From assembly GCA_951406725.2 (NCBI GenBank), contig OX597818.1, forward strand, positions 104,036,001 through 104,100,000: a stretch of DNA of 64,000 nt. Reading direction: 5' to 3'. The position numbers were made by a program, and so were the translations under genes. The notes beneath the pieces are model-generated. The model saw only the letters and a list, made by a program, of their open reading frames with translations. It was not told where the DNA came from and ran no database searches. Positions 56,745 through 64,000 of the stretch are shown one piece after another (position 1 is the stretch's first letter; the number at the start of each line of letters is the position of its first letter). The stretch is from Octopus vulgaris (Eukaryota).

Positions 56745-56939
56745 TGTGACTGCGTGTGTATCGTTGGCGATTTTCTTTCTCCGGATTCCTTATTTGTTCT
56801 TTTTCTATAATTCTGACGAAGGGCTCCTCTGGAAACGGGAAATAATTTTTCTTTTCTTTCCATTCCTGAGCGTCCAATAACACTCTACTTATTCCACATC
56901 CACGCGTTGCTGGTTTTCTTTGCTTGTTCATGTTTGGAT

Positions 56940-56945
<6 letters not shown>
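56745..56945 (+). mobile_element. Family G second copy, CTGACGA core at 56813
   Basis: Shares TGTGAC.GCGTGT, CGTTGGCGATTTT, TTCCTGAGCGTCCA and CATGTTTGGATTAACT with the 25431 copy. Confidence 0.65.
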
Positions 56946-56980
<35 letters not shown>

Positions 56981-57045
56981 ATAAAAATGGTAAGACAAGA
57001 AAAGAAAGCAGAAACCTCGATATTATGTAAATAGAGGAATTTATT

Positions 57046-57141
57046 TGTAAATGTAATATGTGACAATTCATTTTCAACCTCGGCATCCGAAACTCGGAGC
57101 TTTATCATGGCTATCGAATAATTGTCACATATTACATTTAC

Positions 57142-57142
<1 letters not shown>
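57046..57142. repeat. 23-bp inverted repeat with an internal hairpin
   Basis: TGTAAATGTAATATGTGACAATT and its reverse complement; inner TCCGAAACTCGGA. Confidence 0.85.
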
Positions 57143-57230
<88 letters not shown>

Positions 57231-57294
57231 CAAATGAATATGATACTTAAGTTAGATGCACCATAATTTTGTATGGTGTTATCCATGGGGTGAT

Positions 57295-57504
57295 TATAAT
57301 CAAAAATAAGCAACAAGAATAACTTCGGTAATTTGGTACGATCGTTTCACGCTACATCATAATATGAAAATTATGTATTAATGGGAAACCTCTATTAATG
57401 GCTGATGAACTGTTGTAATACTTACAATATTTAATAAAATAATGTAGCGTGAAACGATCGTACCAAATTACCGAAGTTATTCTTGTTGCTTATTTTTGAT
57501 TATA
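57295..57504. repeat. 63-bp perfect inverted repeat containing the hammerhead
   Basis: 57295-57357 is the reverse complement of 57442-57504. Confidence 0.92.
57396..57470 (+). ncRNA. Type I hammerhead ribozyme motif, canonical core
   Basis: CTGATGA 57402-57408; AC/GT-closed stem II region with internal TGTTGTAA/TTACAATA hairpin; GAAAC-GATC-GTA 57451-57462; stem I TGG/CCA. Confidence 0.75.
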
Positions 57505-57690
57505 TACATATATACATATACATGTGTGTGTATGAATGTGTACGTGTGTGTATGTTTTGTAATCCACTCAAAGCATGTGTGTGCATACTTTATTCTTAAT
57601 CGGCACAATTGTAGCCCAAACCAAAGAATATCCGGCATATCACGATGAAATGATTCCACCGTTTAAAATAATATTCACTCACAACCACAG

Positions 57691-57775
<85 letters not shown>

Positions 57776-58190
57776 GGCGCAGGAGTGGCTGTGTGGTAAG
57801 TAGCTTGCTAACCAACCACATGGTTCCGGGTTCAGTCCCACTGCGTGGCATCTTGGGCAAGTGTCTTCTGCTATAGCCCCGGGCCGACCAATGCCTTGTG
57901 AGTGGATTTGGTAGACGGAAACTGAAAGAAGCCTGTCGTATATATGTATATATATATATGTGTGTGTGTGTATGTGTTTATGTGTCTGTGTTTGTCCCCC
58001 TAGTATTGCTTGACAACCGATGCTGGTGTGTTTATGTCCCCGTTACTTAGCGGTTCGGCAAACGAGACCGATAGAATAAGTACTGGGCCTACAAAAGAAT
58101 AAGTCCCGGGGACGAGTTTCTCGATTAAAAGGCGGTGCTCCAGCATGGCCGCAGTCAAATGACTGAAACAAGAAAAAGAGTAAAAGAGTA
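57776..58190 (+). mobile_element. SINE family B (tRNA-like head, internal microsatellite, second arm), full length
   Basis: GGCGCAGGAGTGGCTGTGTGGTAAG head, GGTTCAGTCCC B box, TTGGGCAAGTGTCTT, internal TA/TG repeat, GCAGTCAAATGACTGAAACAAG tail. Confidence 0.9.
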
Positions 58191-58270
<80 letters not shown>

Positions 58271-58659
58271 TGGGGAGAGAAAACATACTCTAATATATGT
58301 GTATATACGTATGTAGGCATGTATATTCAGGTTAAATGACGCTGTAATGCAGTTCCTGAAATTGAAAATATGTTAATTCTCCATTTCTCCTGTTACATTT
58401 TGTTTTCTTTCTGACAATATCAACCACGCAAAACACTAAGTTGGAGGTTAGAGCTCAAGTCCTATGTCACAACACTTTTAATAATCACCACAATCAGCAC
58501 CAATACCGTTATCACCATTAGGAATACCATCAGCAAGGTATCATCATCATGATACTAAACAATGTTGTTGCCAATAGAAGGGTGATATTTCTGTTGATGC
58601 TGATCAGGATGTGGACTGGTGGGAAGCATGAGAATGATATGAGAATGAAGGGAGAACTA

Positions 58660-58744
<85 letters not shown>

Positions 58745-58762
58745 CATTATTATTATTATTAT

Positions 58763-58980
58763 TGGCAGAAACGTTAGAACGCCGGGCGAAATGCGTAGCC
58801 GTATTTCGTCTGCCGTTACGTTGTGAGTTCAAATTCCGCCGAGGTCGACTTTACCTTTCATCCTTTCGGGGTCGATAAATTAAGTACCAGTTACGCACTG
58901 GGGTCGATGTAGTCGAGTTAATCCCTTTGTCTGTGCTTGTTTTTCCCTTCTGTGTTTAGCCCCTTGTGGGTAGTAAAGCA
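58763..58980 (+). mobile_element. SINE family A within TTA repeats
   Basis: Consensus match, first bases missing. Confidence 0.9.
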
Positions 58981-58994
58981 TTTTTTTTTTAAAT

Positions 58995-59049
<55 letters not shown>

Positions 59050-59845
59050 GTAGTAGTAGTAGTACTAGTAGTAGTAGTATTTTTATTATTATTATGTTGG
59101 TGGTGGTGGTGGTGGTGGTGGTAGTATGTGGAGTTAATGCTCGTGGCGGTTGTGAAGATGTTGATGCTGATGAAGTAATTGCAGCAGTACTAGCGTCGCC
59201 ATCGTAAGTTTATCACAGCAAGAGAAGTATTACTCTTACCACATCACGCGCCTACATTTTTCTACAGGTTTATTTACTGGTTGCATAACCTCAACGACTG
59301 CTATGACAAAAACAATCTGAGACGTATTGCTGCAGTTGCAGTTTAAATAAGGGAGTCGTTATCCGCTTATAAATAGCTACAAAATATCACTGAGTATATT
59401 CACTGTTTTTCTTTAAACCCGGCGGCCACGGTGGATTAGACAATTGTAAATACCCTGTGTCTGCAAAATAAATGATAATCTTGACTGTAGCATCTTTAAT
59501 CGAAGATCTGCTTATACAAGGCTAAGCTGATTTTAAGCAACAACAACGGAAACAGCTTCCATTCGATCAAGCAAAATGGCACATATAATTTTAGTCTATA
59601 GTTCTTGTATAATTACACGTATTACTTACATACGTGACATGGTTGAATTTTAAGAAGTTTGCTTCGCAATCAAGAAGATTTTGGTTCGAACCTGCCATTT
59701 GGTAAGTTAACAATTGTCTTTTACCATATGCTTTATTCCTCACGAATTTTGTACTGGGTGATCTTAGAGGAGACAGTCCAATCGAGCAATCATCATACTC
59801 AATATGTGTCTTACCAAATTAGTGATGCATATTCTTGATAATTAT

Positions 59846-60032
59846 CCTTTCTATCATAGGCACAAAGCCTGAAATTTTAGGGCGGGGATAGGCTAGTCGA
59901 TTAGATCGACACCATTACGCAACTGGTACTTAATTTATTGACCTCGAAAGGATAAAAGTCAAAATCGATCACGGTGGAATTTGAACTCAACGCATAGCGA
60001 CAGACGAAATACGATTCTGCCAGCTCGCCGCC
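59846..60032 (-). mobile_element. SINE family A, alternative tail, internal deletion
   Basis: Head and tail match 47995-48200. Confidence 0.8.
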
Positions 60033-60162
60033 TTGTATTCTTCAGAATTATGTTAAGGGCACACGTACTCGGGGAATTTTCAAATCCTGAGACTTTAATT
60101 CAGTAGTGTGAGCAAGTAAATCTACATTGTTGAAACTCACTGAAATTAGGATGTACAATACA

Positions 60163-60391
60163 CTTCTATATTTAAGAGATGAGGAATTATGTACGTTATT
60201 TACATTATTTACATTATTTACATTTGAAGGATATTTGTCTTTATCTTGTTTGATGTTAATACAACGTTTCGGCTGATTTACTCTGATGAAGGCTGGAAGT
60301 TATATCAACCGAAACGTTCTGTTAACAAGAAGCAAGATGAGGACAAATATCCGTCAAATGTAAATAATATAAATAATGGGAATAATGTACA
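60163..60391. mobile_element. Family E short foldback (two tails, central deletion, one hammerhead core)
   Basis: Inverted tails around 60282; CTGATGA 60283-60289, GGCTG/CAACC stem, GAAACGTT at 60311. Confidence 0.8.
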
Positions 60392-60407
60392 TTAGATTAT
60401 AGAGTTT

Positions 60408-60612
60408 CATATTTGAGAGACAAGGAATTACGTACATTATTTACCTTATTTACAATTGACGGATATTTGTCCTCATCTTGCTTCTTGTTGACTGAACTAT
60501 ATTTCGGCTGATATATCCTGCAACCGTCATCAGGTGTCTTGGGGAAATTTCGAACCTGGGTACTCATTCCTGAGGTATTTTTTTATGCTGTTGCTGTTGT
60601 TGTTGTTGTTAC

Positions 60613-60707
<95 letters not shown>

Positions 60708-60799
60708 TCACGAGCATATGGCATAGTGGTTGAGATCGCGGGCTACTAACCCCAAGATTCCGTGTTCGATTCCAGGCAGTGTCCTGAATAATAATAAGA

Positions 60800-60862
<63 letters not shown>

Positions 60863-60863
60863 G

Positions 60864-60928
<65 letters not shown>
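60408..60928. mobile_element. Family E head-to-head dimer, right arm interrupted by the Dong LINE
   Basis: Minus arm 60408-60710 (tail, hammerhead 60501-60540, TTA repeat). Plus arm tRNA-like head 60711-60787 with GTTCGATTCC, then (TAA)n. Confidence 0.8.
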
Positions 60929-60930
60929 TA

Positions 60931-63900
60931 ACAAAAAAAATACAGACGAATATAGATCTCCTAGCCTTAAGAAGCTGCGCTATGAGCAATGCTTACATGT
61001 AGAGAACCCTAAACTGACAGATCCATCTCCTAATATAAGAATGGAAGCTCGTCATGCTTCAAGGTCAACAAATCAAACAATAAACCGCATTGGTCGTTGC
61101 GCGGATTACATAAGACCACGTACCCGAAAATTGAACCAAATTCTGATTGAAAAATCAGCTACTGGATCAAATCTTCCCAACACACAGGAGCTGGACGTAC
61201 CCCACAACCGGAATATTCCAACAGATGGCCATCAATGCTCATCACCAAATAATCAAAAGAAAAAGAAGGAAAAATGGTCTAGGGAAGATAATAAAGAAGT
61301 TCTTGAGGCCTTCTACCATGCCATATATTTCCCCACAGATAAATCTAACACTGTACAAGCATGCTTAAACTGGAGACAGAAACACCCTGAAGTAAGACCC
61401 TAAATAGACAGTAACAAACTTGCCAACGTCAGAAGAAACATTATAAAAAAATTACTGACTGAAGTAGAGATTGATCAAGTTAGACAAGCAATATCGGATA
61501 AAATGAACAAAGCTGCAGCTAGAGAAGATAATACAGAGGAAATAATTATAGACCAGCCCAGGGCTGATAAAAACGAAGAGAGGATTGAAAGAGTTAGTAT
61601 AAGTGATAGGCAAAGTGAAACCAATCATAAACACTAAGACAGATGAGCATCAAATAGATAAAGAAAGTCACACAAATATTGACCCAACAGAACTACATGA
61701 GCTAAAAAATCAAATCATGATTGAATGGCTGAGAATTAAAGAAACCAGCATGGATGAACGTGATACACTCCCTAAAATCCGCAACTCTAACCAAAAAATG
61801 AAAATAATTGGTAAAATCCGGCTTGCACTTAAGGATATAATTTCAGCTAATGATGTTGATATCACAAACCTCAACCACCTATACTATGCATCCGCGAAAA
61901 TCTGAACGACCCTATGTGGTGTAAAGATTAGAAAACGGCAACATTCCCACAAAAAGCCTTCTTGGCAAGAGCGTCTGCAACAACAAATTAAAATATTTAG
62001 ATCTGTCATTGAATATTTGAAAAGCCTCAAGGCTCACAAGACTACCAAACCTACAAAAACCCAAAAATTACTGAAAAAATACAATATCAAAAATATACTT
62101 GATATTGATGCCACCATAGAAACCATCAAACAAAAGGTATCTGCCAAAGCTGCCCGCATAGCGAGGTATGAAAAGCGTGTTAGATTTTTCAAGGACAACA
62201 ACATGTTCAAAAATAACCCCAAGAATTTTTACAGGAAGATAGGAAAAACAGCGTTTACTGCAAGGTCTGTACCATCAAAAGAAGAAGTGCAGGGATTTTG
62301 GAATAAAATCTGGGCAGAAGAAAAAACACACAACGAAAAGGCCCCTGGATTGACAGAATATCTACAGAACTGGACCCCTTGGAAGAGCAAAAGTGGGAGG
62401 GTGTCAAGGTAGAAGATATAAGATCTGCTCTCAGGAGGTCAAGCAAATGGAAGTCTCCAGGAAAGGATAAAATTCCTAACTTCTGGCTGAATGCCTTCCC
62501 AGAGAGCCATGAACTGCTAACAGAACTGTACAATGATGTTTTGCAACAACCTAGTAGGATGCTACCTTGGCTAGTTAATGGGTTAACATTCCTGCTTCCA
62601 AAAAGTGAAGAAACAAATGAACCAAAAAACTATAGACCCATAACCTGCTTAACAACTATGTACAAAACGCTAACATCTGTCCTGACGGAATATACCTATA
62701 GTTTTTTAACAGACAGCAGCATATTCCCTAATGAAAAGAAAGGATGTAAACGTGGATCCTACGGCTGTAAAGACCAACTACTCATCAATAAGATGATCTT
62801 AGAAGATTGTCACAAACGACACATAAACTTATCAATAGCCTGGATAGACTATAAAAAGGCTTTTGATAGCCTACCACATAGCTGGATTAGGAAATGCCTA
62901 GAAATGTATAAGATAGCACCTACTCTGCGAAACTTCTTGACTGTAAGTATGAGATCATGGAGAACCACACTAACTCTGAACAGTGACAATGAATCCCTAA
63001 ATGCTGGTGATGTAAAAATTTCGTGTGGCATTTTCCAGGGTGACTCACTGTCACCACTCCTCTTTTGTTTATCCTTAATACCTCTCTCAAAGCTGCTCAA
63101 TGATGCGCAGTACGGGTATAAAATGTTTGATAAAAATATAAATCATCTCATTTACATGGATGATTTAAAGCTTTTTGCAAAAAATTACCAACAACTCAAG
63201 GGCTTACTAGCGATAATCAAACAATTCAGTGACGACATCAGAATGCAATTCGGCCTCGATAAATGTGCAAAAGCTACCTTTATCAAAGGAAAAATGACAG
63301 AAACATCTAACGTTAACCTTGACCATCAGAATGTCATAAAAGAACTAGACCCAGCGGAGAGCTACAAGTACCTAGGGGTAATTGAATGGAACGGAATAAG
63401 GCATTCAGAGATGAAGGAAAGGATCAGGAGAGAATGCTATCGAAGAGTGAGAGCAATACTCAAGACAGAGCTGAATGCAAGAAACAGGATCGAAGCGATC
63501 AATGCATTAGCCATACCAGTCGTGACTTACAGTTTCAATATTGTTAACTGGTCAATTACTGAAATATGTCAGCTCGACAGAAAAATAAGGAAACTGTTGA
63601 CAATGCATAGAATGCACCACCCTAAGGCAGATACAGAACGACTCTATCTGCCAAGAAAAGAGGGAGGCCGTGGTCTTTTGCAACTGGCAATAACAATGAA
63701 GATTGCTACAATTGGCCTAGACACCTACCTGAAAAAGTCTGAGGACTGGATGTTAAAACTTGTCTCAAAACATGAAAACAAGAAAGCATCATACTCAGTC
63801 ACAAAACAGGCAAAAGAATATCTAAGTGAATTCCGAATACAACCTATTTCGGAATTAGAGATAGACATACAAGAAACAAGCACAGAAAAAGCTAGGCGCA

Positions 63901-64000
63901 TGAAAACCCGTGCCAAAACTGCGGCCTTAGATATTCTGAATAATAAATGGCAAGAAAAACCTCTCTATGGCAAATACCCAAAGAGAGCGAATAATGCAGA
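60931..64000 (+). mobile_element. R4/Dong-clade non-LTR retrotransposon (RLE class), 5' part, runs off window end
   Basis: Begins right after (TAA)n 60787-60928, with ATG at 61041. RT motifs KWKSPGKDKIPNFWL, NYRPITCL, WIDYKKAFDSLPHSW, GIFQGDSLSPLLF, YMDDLKLF (TAC at 63153), YKYLG and RLYLPRKEGGRGL. Dong elements are known to target TAA repeats. Confidence 0.92.
61041..64000 (+). pseudogene. Disrupted LINE ORF; RT domain in an uninterrupted frame 62346-64000
   Basis: Stops at 61401 and 61903, frameshifts near 61450 and 62345. Hand translation from TGG 62346 gives 551 codons with no stop to the window end. Confidence 0.88.

Noticed and set aside
60931-61040. HDV-like ribozyme in the LINE 5' UTR
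   Set aside because: Could not build the nested double pseudoknot by eye.

Overview
AT-rich eukaryotic non-coding DNA with no recognisable host protein-coding gene. Almost all track ORFs are microsatellite translations. The SINE families and (TA)n/(CA)n/(TAA)n/(GATA)n density suggest an octopus or other coleoid cephalopod (inference, no search run). Coding remnants are all transposon-derived: an R4/Dong-clade LINE (60931 to window end, RT frame open for 551 codons), an internally deleted R4/Dong-like LINE, one GC-rich RTE LINE plus three decayed RTE fragments, three mariner relics, a TA-flanked MITE and two tandem non-autonomous Helitrons. Four tRNA-derived SINE families (my labels A-D) account for more than 30 copies or fragments. 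The main unexplained signal is about ten minimal type I hammerhead ribozyme motifs of the Penelope-like-element (PLE) type, in several small non-coding families. One family (label E) joins a tRNA-like Pol III head, a (TAA)n spacer and a hammerhead, and occurs almost always as a head-to-head foldback dimer. It is a candidate PLE-mobilised, ribozyme-bearing SINE/retrozyme system. Coordinates of decayed elements are approximate.
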